Part shown: piece by piece, positions 50,354 to 61,459 of the stretch
Layout of the letters: each line of letters begins with the position of its first letter
Position numbering within the stretch: the stretch's first letter is position 1
NCBI GenBank assembly: GCA_009103225.1
Contig: RHPI01000017.1
Span: 1-64,000, forward strand
DNA length: 64,000 bases
Direction: 5' to 3'
Source: Chlorokybus atmophyticus
Lineage: Eukaryota; Plantae; Mesostigma and Chlorokybus algae
The notes under the pieces: model-generated
Seen by the model: only the letters and a program-made list of their open reading frames with translations
The model's database searches: none
What the model was told of the DNA's origin: nothing
Position numbers and translations under genes: made by a program

Positions 50354-53300
50354 GGGGGGGGCTAGCACATATGCAAACACACGTCAACATACCTCAGCAG
50401 GCCGCGACACACACCACCGCTGTTTGTGGTGGCAGTGCTGTCTCGACCTGCACAACTACCGCAAGGACGTTAAGCGGCGCCCGAGCACCTGAGAGCAGCA
50501 AGCTGAGAAGAGCGGCCATGAGAATGGCTGGCATGGTGCAGCAGCAAAAAAACGGCAGAGCAGACAGGTCACCTCTTCATTACCTCGCTTGTCACCCTGA
50601 TGCCGCCCCAGCTTCCTTTACCTCTGGCTTCTGCGCCCGCTCCCTCGCCCCGCCGAGGTGGGGTGGTGGTTATTTTCCTTCGTCCGTCAGGGGGGAGCCA
50701 CCGAGCAGCAGGCCATCAGGGAGGGGCGGGGGAGGGGCGGCTCAAACAGGCAGAGGCAGCATCATGCGCTTGAGAAGGCGTACAGGCTTGGGGTTTGGGG
50801 GGGCAAGCAGGGGGGCTACACACCCATCAGTTCAGGGGACAAGTTTGCTGAGACCACTTCCTCGTCCTCTCCTGCCTCCACTTCGACCTCGTCGTCGTTG
50901 CCATTGGACGCACAGCGAGACTCCCCTGCTTCAAGCAACAGCAGCCGGAGCCTTGTCCAGTGTCAGCGGCCGGCCGAGCCCTTAGCATCCCTTGACGAAG
51001 AGCTGAACCCGCCTGTCATTTATGGCAACGGCCCAGGTACGTGGTTGACATTATGCACAACCGGCTCAAAAAAGAAACCAGTTGACACACACATATTCGT
51101 GCACCTGATTACACTTTGCGCTGCATAAGAACTTGTTCGATTGTTTACGCCAAGTGTGGTAAGTCATAGATGTCACATGCAGATGAGTATGACATTTGGT
51201 ATCAGCTGTACTACCTTGTGGATCAGCGCCCGGTGACGCAGCTGCGGCGTGTTACTGTGCGTTTTGACGACAAATGCGACTCCTGAAACACAACTCGTTT
51301 GGCGGCTACAGCCAAATTGCAGGATGACAGCAACTACTCGACACGTAAGTTGTGTTGTCCTGTGTTACACATCGCACCACAATGTAGGGATCATATGCTT
51401 GCTGATCATGTGTAGCACATATGTGTGTGCGCGTGAGGATGTGCCTATTGCTGTTGCGCACTACGTAGAGGTGCTCCAGCACACATGGACACTGTGCAAT
51501 GGAGTAATGCATAAGAGGGACGGCTTTCCGATCTTTGACATGTGAGTGCAGCTGTGCAATAGTAATACTTTGCATTGATGAAAGGTCTATGTAAGCTGAG
51601 TAGTTGGACCCGTGTGTGCAGATGGTTTCACAAGGGCACTTCAGGTATAAGTACACGTGGGTGTCCAAGCTGCCGTTCCCTGTGAGCACCCCTGCCAGTC
51701 CATTGGAAGTATTCGTTGATCCTCCCACAGGTTTGTTTCTTTCGTAAGGATCGCACTTGTGCTGAGCTGCGCACATGCACATGCATCAACCCATCTATGC
51801 GTCCACCCATGCTATGGTGTCAGGCTTTTGTTTGTTCTGAACACACACAGTGCTGGGGTTGAGGTACTGTGTGCTAGTTGAAATGTGCTGAACGGCGCGC
51901 ACGCGCACTCATGCATTAAGCCATCCATGCGTGCACCATCCACATGGTTTTAGCCAGGCTTGCTCTTTACAGATTCACAGTGCTCCCGTCACAGGCTGGC
52001 AACCTCACATGCCGTGGCCCCCTCGAGCTCTTAAACGCCCCAAGCCTTGGTGGCTGCGCAAACTCGACGCACTTATATGGGATGGGACGGATGAGTGCGA
52101 GGAGCCGTTTGCCAAAAATCAGCGGCAAGGGTTGCCTTGATTCCTGTTCTCGCTGTATTGCACTCCGGAGGGCCGCAACTCCAATGATGCTGAGCTCCAA
52201 GAGTATCATCCTAATGTGGTTAAGCCATAGGGATATAAATTAATATGCGCGCAAACTCCCCTTGCCACGGCCTTCGTAGAGTCCTTGTGACTCTAGACGC
52301 AGTGTACAAATGTATAGTCAGACTGTACACATCAGCAAGATGCCTTGTCTTGTACTGTTGTTGATTGTGTACAAAGATCTTTGGATCACTAAGTGTTTAA
52401 AGACCTTGAGGGGCATTACGACGGGCTGGTTGCGTTTGTTCTGCGTGTTGGTTGCTCTGCAAGGAATCTACAGATGTGCACACAACGCATGCAGCAACAA
52501 TACAAATTAGTTTCAAAGCATGCAACAGATCCAAAAATATTTTTACATACAAGACGTACAGGCATTTGGCATCGCGCCAATGCCGACACAACAGAGCATG
52601 CAAGTGCTTACTGTGGTTGTGCCATATCACGTGCACGCAAGCAGGCAAGTATCCACCAAACATCCACACAAGCACATGCATAGGCAGAGACATTGTGGTG
52701 ACACTCCCAATGCACTACTCGAAACAAATCAGAGACTACAACAACTACTATGAACCACACCACTTGCAGGATGGGTGCTATGAGTTTGCTTGTGCATGAC
52801 GAAGCTGTTGAAAACCACCAATGCACGCCGTACTCACTCATACCCATCCTGTACACAACAGTACACAACAAAGCACGCACTTGAGCAAACGGCACAATGC
52901 TTGCTTAAATGCATTTAGCAACTGCTACTCTATGCTGCTTATGCTATTGTTATACGTGCTAGAGAAAGTTGCACGACATCAAGTCTGGTACGCACCACAT
53001 GAAAGTGCTCTTGCCTTGACGGCAGTCTATCAAGTTATTGTCATAACACAGCAAATGTGCTGTGGTTTGGCTAACTTCTACATACCCTTGTTCCATGCGC
53101 AAACAAATGCCTTATGGGCCTATAAAATATGTTACAACTACCAACAACTTAGTAGAGCTTTCAACCATTCATGGGCACTCGCGGCAAGGTTGGGGAACCT
53201 ACGCTGCTTCTAGCAGCATGTAAGCCTATAATTGCTTGTTGCTTGAGTTTAGAAATAGCAGCTCCAGCCAGCGCCTTGCCGGCAGCTCCAAGCCCCGTGC

Positions 53301-54337
53301 AGGAGCAAGCTTCAAACCCACAATGGTGGTGAGATATCGAAAGGCGCAACATCTCCACCTTTAGTGTGTTGCAATTGCACAGCAGCGGATGCAAAGATGA
53401 TGGCATACATAGTGAGCGGGCGAACGTTCAACATGTGTTAGTGCGCAAAGGAGGGGGCAGTGAGCGTCACACGCAGCAGCATGTCCGTCTCTGCAATGCA
53501 CACAGCTTGATACCAGCAACTACTCAATTGTACGGTACCGTTCACAGCTGGAAGCGAAGCAGAGAAGCGTAGGCCCTTGAACATGATGAAGTGAAGATAA
53601 AGCGGCTGCAAATTCTGATGTGAGCACACCTCACCTCTCGGGCATGCACCGCACTCTCAGCACCAACACATTCAGTCAGCGATTATACACACCGTACGCA
53701 CACTGCAAAGCAACGGGGTTAATGCTATTGCATGCACGGTCTGGAGCAAAACACACGTTTATACAAGTGTACAACGACACAACGAGTGCCGCCACATTAC
53801 TCAAACATGAAAGACTTGCGTTACCAACTGTTGGAAAAGCGGCTAGGGTTTGTATGCTACTGAACAGCAGCATAGTCTATGCACTAGCGACAACAGCCGC
53901 CATAGCTTCTTCGTATGTCCACCGTTGATCTACATGCAAAGGTGCCTCAGTTGTTGATTGTGCCTGCAGCTACTTCAGAGGTCTGCAGCCGGTTCTTCTT
54001 GTTGAGAAGCAAGCATGCAAGTGAAGAGGGCAAGCAATGACACACAAGAGAAGGCAACACACTTCATGCACTCAAGACATCCATGGCCCGAGAGAGAAGA
54101 ACAGGAGACTCTGACCAACATTGAGAAGCTGGAGACTGCTGCTACCCCTGCTATTGAAACACAAGTCAGCATGGAGACAGGTGTCACAGGCAGGAGCCAA
54201 TTGTGGCGCCTCTACCATGCCTATGGCTTCAGCCCACTCAAGGACGTGGTGTACGCCACACACAGGTGGTGTACGCCACACACAGGAATAGCCATTGTAT
54301 GTCCTATGTATGCTGCTGTGGCTATTTATTACTCAGG

Positions 54338-54369
54338 AATCCTAACCCTAACCCTAACCCTACCCTAAC
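54338..54369 (+). repeat. Interstitial telomere-like (CCCTAA)n tract
   Basis: AATCCTAACCCTAACCCTAACCCTACCCTAAC. Confidence 0.8.
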
Positions 54370-54602
54370 TTGTGCGCAGCTGACTTCTGCGCAGTAAGAC
54401 TCCGAAGAAGCACAGCTGTCCGCAGTGCTTCGGCGGCGGCGGTGGCGGCGGCGGAGGTGGCGGGAGTGAAATCGGTGGTTGACTGTTTTGCGTCTTGGCG
54501 TTTTCGGGCCTACTTGCTAGGTTGCGGTGCTGGAAGCTGTTTCTAGCTGCTACCAAGCTGCAAGGTTGTGTGCTGCTCTCAAGCACAATGTCAGTGTATA
54601 GG

Positions 54603-57003
54603 ATGAGCGTTGAGCTTGTCTCTAAACGGGTAGCTAAATTGTGAAGAGGGGTTCCAAGTGCACAAGCAGTAGCGGAGAAGTTCAAGGAGGGAGAGATTGA
54701 TGGAGAAGCTTACTACAGCCTCTCAGCAGAAATTCTTGCACAGATCACACCTAGGCTGAGCATTGTTTCGCGGATCCTCAAAGACGTGCAGAAGTTAAAC
54801 AGGGATGAGCCGAGGTTGCAAGCTGAAGATGAAGAGGAGCAAGACGAGGCGGGAGCACAACCTGGGGACACAGGTGTGCTTGCTTTCAACTAGTCTGCTG
54901 CCAAGCTGCTGGTGCAACTTAATTGCTCCTGCAGCTGAAGCTCTGCTTGCTCATCGGTATGCTTTGGTCTGCAGCTTCAGTCAAGCTAAAGCTACAACTC
55001 AATTGAACCTGCGGCTTGGTTGAAGCTGCAGCTTGAGTAATGGCTGCATATCGGCTTTCTGCCAAGCAGAGCCTCAGCCAAGCCGCAGCTGCAGTTTAGC
55101 TGAAGTGGTAGGTTGGGTGAAGCTCTACTTGCTTTGCTGTATTTTGTACGCTTCGGTCTGCAGCTTCAGTAAAGCAACAGCGTTAGCCAAGCCGCAATTG
55201 CAACATAGCTGAAGCTGCAGCTTGGCTAAAGCTCTGCTTGCTTTGCTCTCTTTTGCAAGTGCCATGCGCTGACTGTTGGCCTTGTGCGCAGGAGCTGTTG
55301 ATGAAGTTAACTGCGAAGACGAGTCAGAGGCAGTCATGAAGGCAAAGCTGGAGGAAAAGTGCTTTGCCCTGTCGCTGACAAGCCTAGGGGACCAGAGCAA
55401 AATGGGCAAGCTTACTTGAAGAAGAAGGACGAGACACAGTGGAGAATACAGGAGGACAACCGCAAGCTTCTAAAGGAGAAGCTGTGGGCCAAGTTCCCAG
55501 ACCACTGTGTTGGCAGGAGCTTCAATCGGGCCGGCCCAGATTATGACATGAGGGAGGAGGTGGTTGCGGATGTAATGCAGAATCACACTCCGCTGGAGAT
55601 CAACGGACAGACATTGCGCTGGCCTGCAAGTAAGTAATCTGCGTCTGCCTATGTGCATGTGCGTCTATATGCCAGCTGCCACCTGCCAGATGTCTTGTGC
55701 TTCCTTTAGAATGGCTGCTCACTGCCTCTTGTTTGCAGAATGGATTCGTGAGCAAATCCGCCGGTTTGTGGATAATGCAAGACGGGGCCATCCATTAACG
55801 CCAGGCGAAACGGTAGGCTTGACCCGTGAGCAGCGCAAGGAGAAGATGCGCGCTGCACGCGCTGAGAAGCGCGCTGACGCAGAGGAGCCAGCTCCACGCC
55901 GCTCGCGCACAGACTACGGGCTTGGCCCACATTTCACCGTTGCACTTTCCCTCCAGCCAAAATGCTGTGCTGCTTGCCTTGTTGACTGCTGAGCCGCCTT
56001 CTCAAGCGCAGCTGCGTGAGGACTGGGTGGCTTTCAAGTACGCCATTTATCCTCTTGCACAAGGCTTTGCACCCGCACTCGTAAAAAATTCAAATGCGGC
56101 TGGTGCTGCAGACCGGCAAGAGATGCTGCAAGCACCAGCGGCAGCAGCAGCCGCAGGGTTGTGGCTGTTGGGCGCGGTCAAGTACTTGAGGTGCTTGAGC
56201 AAGAGACTCCTTGGCGCAGCTACAAAGTGAAGGTGCTGGAGTGGTACAACGCCAAGGGTATCGGTGATCAACGCGTCTTCATGCTAGTATGTGACACGGA
56301 CGGGTATGCTGGCCAGCTGACCGGGGACGAGCACTTGTGCAGCAATGTCTTGGTGAGCGTAGTAGAGCGTGTGCTGCGGCACAGCATATTGCAAGCGTAA
56401 CTGCAAGGAAGACTATATGCGTGACATGCACTAATGCGGCTGGTTGAGTGATGCAGGGACGCAGTTGTGCTTGGCCTGCATCCTTGGTAGCCCCGTCTGC
56501 AGTCTGCCCTTGCTCAGACTGCTCTTCAGGCGACTGCATTGCAGAAATCACCCCAAGATGCGTTCGCGCGCTCGTGGTTGACAAGCGCGTGCAGCCAGAA
56601 GACCAGCATGACATCAATCAGAGGGTAAAAACGTTGCAGTGGGTTGTAACGTGTGCAGCATGCTTGCACGATGCACACTTGTAACAATTCTTGCTTGCAG
56701 ATCAATCGTTGCTTTGACCACCTCATGCACTTAGCTGGCATCTGCTGCAATACCTTTTGCGCCAATGTTCCCAACCGCGAGAGCTTGCTGGAGGTGTACA
56801 CTTCCTGGAGGGGGACATACGGGACGCAGATTGGGAGGCTGCCGAAGGAGGACCATCTGCTTGCAAAGTTCACTGACTCGCAGATCGGTCTCATGCTTGT
56901 TACATTTGCAGTCAACAAGCGCTGGCTGGTACAGGATGACTCTGGAGAAGCACGCTATGGCTGGCACTGGAATAGTCAAGCCAAGCGACAACCCGGTCCA
57001 TAA
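54603..57003 (+). pseudogene. Decayed multi-exon gene with N-terminal SAM-like domain
   Basis: AEKFKEGEIDGEAYYSLSAEIL...RILKDVQKL resembles the SAM consensus F..EEIDG..L..L. Further exon-like blocks continue to 57003, with in-frame stops. Confidence 0.45.
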
Positions 57004-57399
57004 TTGGGTACCAAGCGGAAGACCTTCGCTCATCTTTCTTGCAGCAACCAGTCTAGCTTCCATGCAGCTTCCTCGCAGCCGCCAGTCTAGCTTCCTGCTA
57101 AAAGTTTAACTTCTTGCTAGCAGTTTAGCTTGCTACCAGCAGTTTAGCTTCCTGGTAGCAGTTAGCTTCTTGCAAACAATTGGAGCCTATTCTAGTACTA
57201 GTTAAGAGTACATGGTACAATGTAAACTCCATATGAGGTTAAGATTTCTTTGCCAGGAAAACTGCCTGCAATTTGCCTGCATATGCCTGCTATATTGTGC
57301 TGCTAATTGTGGAATGAAGATGGCTGGGCCGTTATCGGCATGACTGCTGGTCCACCGAGGTCGACACACCAGGAGCTGTGCCGTCAATGGCACGACTGC

Positions 57400-57685
57400 T
57401 GCTGCTGCTGTGCCGAAGTCGGCAGAAGTGCTACCGTACCGAAGACGGCAGGATCGTTGCTGTGCCGAAGTCGGCAGAAGTGCTATTGTGCCGAAAACGG
57501 CAGGATCGTTGCTGTGCCGAAGACGGTAGGATCGCTGCTGTGCCGAAGTCGGCAGAAGTGCTATTGTGCAGAAGACGGCATAAGCGCTGCTGTGCCGAAG
57601 ACGGTGGGGTCGCAGCTGTGCCGAAGACGGCAGAAGCGCTGCTATGCCGAAGATGTTAGAAGTACTGCTGTGCCGAGGTCGGCCC
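57400..57685. repeat. About 26-bp tandem repeat, about 11 copies, each with a TGCCG-AAG(A/T)-CGGCA mini-hairpin
   Basis: TGCTGTGCCGAAG(T/A)CGGCAG recurs throughout. Confidence 0.9.
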
Positions 57686-57849
57686 AACGCAGTTTGCCCC
57701 GTCAGCGGCAGTAACCAGCTTGTGCCGGCTGACAGATAGTGACTTACAATCCTCTGCCGGCACAAAGCGACTTGTGCCGTCTTGGGAGAAGAACTGCTCG
57801 CAGAACTCGAAGGCAGGTGCCGCTGACGGCACAACTGGCTTGTGCCGAG

Positions 57850-59001
57850 AACGGATTCTGCTGCAGGCGCCGTGTGTTCGCCTTGTTCTTGTCTTCATAG
57901 TTGCTTAATTTCTTGTATTTGTCTCGTGTGTACAAGGCCACAAAGTCCGCTTGCTCTTCCTTGTTTGAGACGCGTTGCTCCACAGTGAGCAACTTGGGTA
58001 GCACATCATCTAGGGTTTGCTCCGATGACGATGTCTCGAGCAGAGTAGCGACAACTTCGTACTCTAATGGCAGTCCTGCAACAATCGCCAATACGAACTC
58101 CGTTTCTTCCATCTTGTGGCCGACGTTGATGAGGTCCGTCCACAGCTCTCTCGCACGTGCAACATACTTTGTGACCGGCTCGGCCGTCTCTTTATGAAGC
58201 GCGCTTAGCTGCTTGCGTAATTGTATTTTTCTGACGTTGTTCTTGGCTTGAAATACGGCTGCAAGCTTCTCTCAAGCTTGTCTGCCATCTTCACATGCTG
58301 TGAGCATGGGATAGTGATGTGGCTTGCAGTTAAGCACCATCAAGGAATGTGCTTAAACTGAGTGTTCAAGCCAGATGCTTTCTTCTCCTGCTCTTGGTGC
58401 AGATGCTTTCGGGTCAACATACTTCCAAATCTTCTTGTGGATAAGTAGTGCCTTCATCTCTACGCACCAAGTGCTGTAGTTGTTTGTGTCCAGCTTTGTG
58501 ATCAGCCCTTTATCGTAGCTTACCTCCATCTTTGCCGCGCCTGCTTTCTTCTTGCAGTTAGCACTTGAGACTTGCTTTGATAATCTTCACGTGTTGTGAC
58601 TTTAGTGACTTTGTTGACTTCAGTGACTTTAACCTGCACTTCACTCTTCAGTGACTTCAATGACTTCGGACTTGAATGACTTCGGTCTTCACTTCACTCT
58701 TCAGCGCCTTCAGTCTTGAGTGATTTTGGTCTCCTCTTCACTCTTTAGTCTTTAATGACTTCGATCTTCACTTCAATGCACTTTGTCACTTTTCTTCACT
58801 TCGCTTTCTTTCTCTTTCTTACACTCTTCACGCGTAGTGTGGGCCCATAACCTGTTGAGAAGCAAGCATGCAAGTGAAGAGGGCAAGCAATGACACACAG
58901 GAGAAGGCAACACACTTCCCGATTTATTATCGACAGACCGCGGGGTTATATACCCGCCAGTCAGTACACAGTTTGTACACACTGCTGGTCTACATGCAAC
59001 A
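57850..59001 (-). mobile_element. Truncated Ty1/copia element: 5' LTR (58853-59001), half-tRNA-iMet PBS (58840-58852), decayed gag (58529 to about 57850)
   Basis: LTR bounded by TGTTG...CAACA; PBS GGTTATGGGCCCA on the minus strand; gag KLDTNNYSTWCVEMKALL, QLRKQLSALH, KYVARAREL, GLPLEYEVV with stops. No pol seen. Confidence 0.85.
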
Positions 59002-59289
59002 GCGTCCGATATACTGAACCATATCCTACGCTGTAAGATGTGCCACGTAGCTAACTTGATAAGCTTTGTAACAAGCTATGCCACGTCCTATAAGACTGAG
59101 TATCCTAGGAGATATGACGATTCTCCTAGGACCCTTCTCTGCAGTCCGCGCCAGGACCTTCATGTCCGGAGTCTTCGAGGTCCTCCCATCGAGGTCCCTT
59201 CTCTTCTCTCTTGTATGCAGGGCAGACTGACCGGATGTAGGAATATCTTCAACACTTCTGCCTACAATTAGTGGTGGCCGCACTCAATG

Positions 59290-61459
59290 CAGACGTGGAT
59301 TGGATTCCGAACTGTCTTCGCGTCAGCTGACGTGACGGTGATGTGCATGTGTGCTCCTTGGGCAACTCGCTTTCAGCTGCATGCATGCAACCAAGGTGGC
59401 ATGTGGAGGTTGTTGATGTGGGCTGCCTTGTGTAAGATGTCGGCGTTGGGTGCTCATGGCATGCTCTTGCATCCGTGCAAGGTCAGCACGTTGGCGGCGG
59501 TGGTACTTGCGGGCGAGGTCAGCGCCTCAGCAATGGTGGTGGCGAGCACCTTCGCACCGCCTAGTAGGCAGTACATCTGGCGTAGGTGGGGAGCCTCTGA
59601 GAATCTCCACGGTACGCGAGGGTGAACAAGTGGTGAAATCTTCCAATAAGGGTGGCCTAGGTGCTGCCTTCCTAGAGCTAGACATCAACCTCAAGGCCAG
59701 CAAGAATTCAGTTGTTGGCTTGCAATGGTGAGAGCGTGGGCAAAGCCAGACGTGCACCCCGGAGTATTTGACTTCCATGCGTAGACATGGATGTGCCGTA
59801 GTGCTATTATATTATCTGAGCGAGTATGTGCGATTATAGTATTGTGATTTCCTGTGCTACATGGTGTGAACAGTAGTGTAATATACAGGTTAGTTCTTCA
59901 GAAAAGTTCCCTTACACAAGCCTTTTGCAGTATGGGTAGCCTACCCACCGGGTGCAGAACATTGGTGGCGTGCTGCAATTAGAACAGCCTTCCCTGGCTG
60001 CTCTTCAGGCCGCTCCTGCTAAGTGCGAGGGTTGCCGTTCTGCTGGGATCCGCTTCTACTCGTGGGATGTGTGCCCAGCGTGCCTGCGGGTGCGCTGCGT
60101 CTAGGGCTGCCTTATGCTCAAGACCCTCCCCTTAAACACAATCCCCTCTTGCCTCCTCTGCAAACCTCTCTTATTCAAAGTGCATCATGGTCCCTTCCCT
60201 GCGGCCAATTAGAAGCAAAATGCCTTGGGGGTGTGGATGGTGGACAGCTGTATACAAGTGTACATATTTACAGGTCTTCCTATACAATGTGTATAAAGCT
60301 CCCTCCTGTATAAAGGTATAGATGTACAAAGTGACGCCTACCGCATAATAGATCAGTGTGTCTTTTGTCATGTTGGTATAGACTGATAAAGTGTACATAG
60401 CAGCTGTGCATTGCTATGTATGGCAACAAATGCGCATAGATCAGCAACGTAACTCCTTTTGTGTAGTGGTGATAGCTTTCTATTTGCATGCTTAGTGTGG
60501 CCTCACGTGCTCAACAACTGCACATGGCTACGAGTGCTCATGGCATGACGGGCAGAGTTTCTCGGCGGCAGAGATCAAGCTCCATCCAAGCCTGCAGCAC
60601 TGCTGCCACAAGCTCCGCTCCCTACTGCACAAGCAGGACAACAGGCGGCACTTGCAGATACGACACCGGACGTCAGTAGTCATCCACCCGCATCGCAAGA
60701 TAGGCGGGCACTGATGGGTCTTCGAGTCTCGCTATTGCAAGAAGGGGGCAAGACCTCTTGGATGCGCCATAGCGCACAGGAGACATGATCCTTGATCAAT
60801 GCCAATCCTGCCCTGATCAACAATCAACGCAGGCATGTACTTATTTGCGAACAAGCAACAAAGCGAGTACTGTACTACTCCAGTGTACAGGCGCGCAACT
60901 AGGCATGATCGGCAAACATATGAGTACAGAGTCAGGTAATTTCGGTGGAATGTGCTTCCGTTCGGCTTGAACCAAGCATGTTATGCCTTCACCATCATTT
61001 AGCAGGTGATACTCAGACCATTGCGCGAGGAAGGCATAGGCACGGTGGCGTACATTGATGACATGCACCTGGCCCACGCTTCTCTCTACCATCTATGGTG
61101 GAGGATACGCTTAGTGATGATGCTGTTCGCTACGCTGGGTTGGTTCTTTGGGGTGGCAAAGTGCGCGTTCTGGCCATTGCTGCGGCTGAAGTTCTTAGGT
61201 TCGATTGTTGACACGGTGGTGGGCTTGTTCGCCATTCCGGAGGTCAAGATGAGTGCACTCGAATAGCAGCTGAAGGACCTGAGCGTGGCAACAAAGCACA
61301 CCAACAGGCAGCTGGCTGAGGTGGCAGGCAAGTTGTTGGCTTTTAAGTTGGCGTTGCCCCCTGTGCGGCTATTTGCGCGGTTGCTTATGCAGCAGGTGGA
61401 CTATGGGCGAGCATGGCATGATGAGTACCCTTCAGCTGCACACACTGTCGAGTTGGCGG
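59290..61459 (+). mobile_element. Decayed DIRS-order retroelement: RT at about 60947-61459; possible tyrosine recombinase remnant at about 59290-59830
   Basis: WNVLPFGLNQACYAFTII*QVILRPLREEGIGTVAYIDD...LKFLGSIVDT...AGKLLAF is DIRS-type RT. The upstream LELDINLKASKN..YYYL is only weakly recombinase-like. Confidence 0.65.

Noticed and set aside
50400-52210. Minus-strand exon-like blocks
   Set aside because: Multiple stops and no identifiable domain; counted only as unspecified decayed sequence.
57400-57685. CRISPR array
   Set aside because: Head-to-tail 26-mers without unique spacers.
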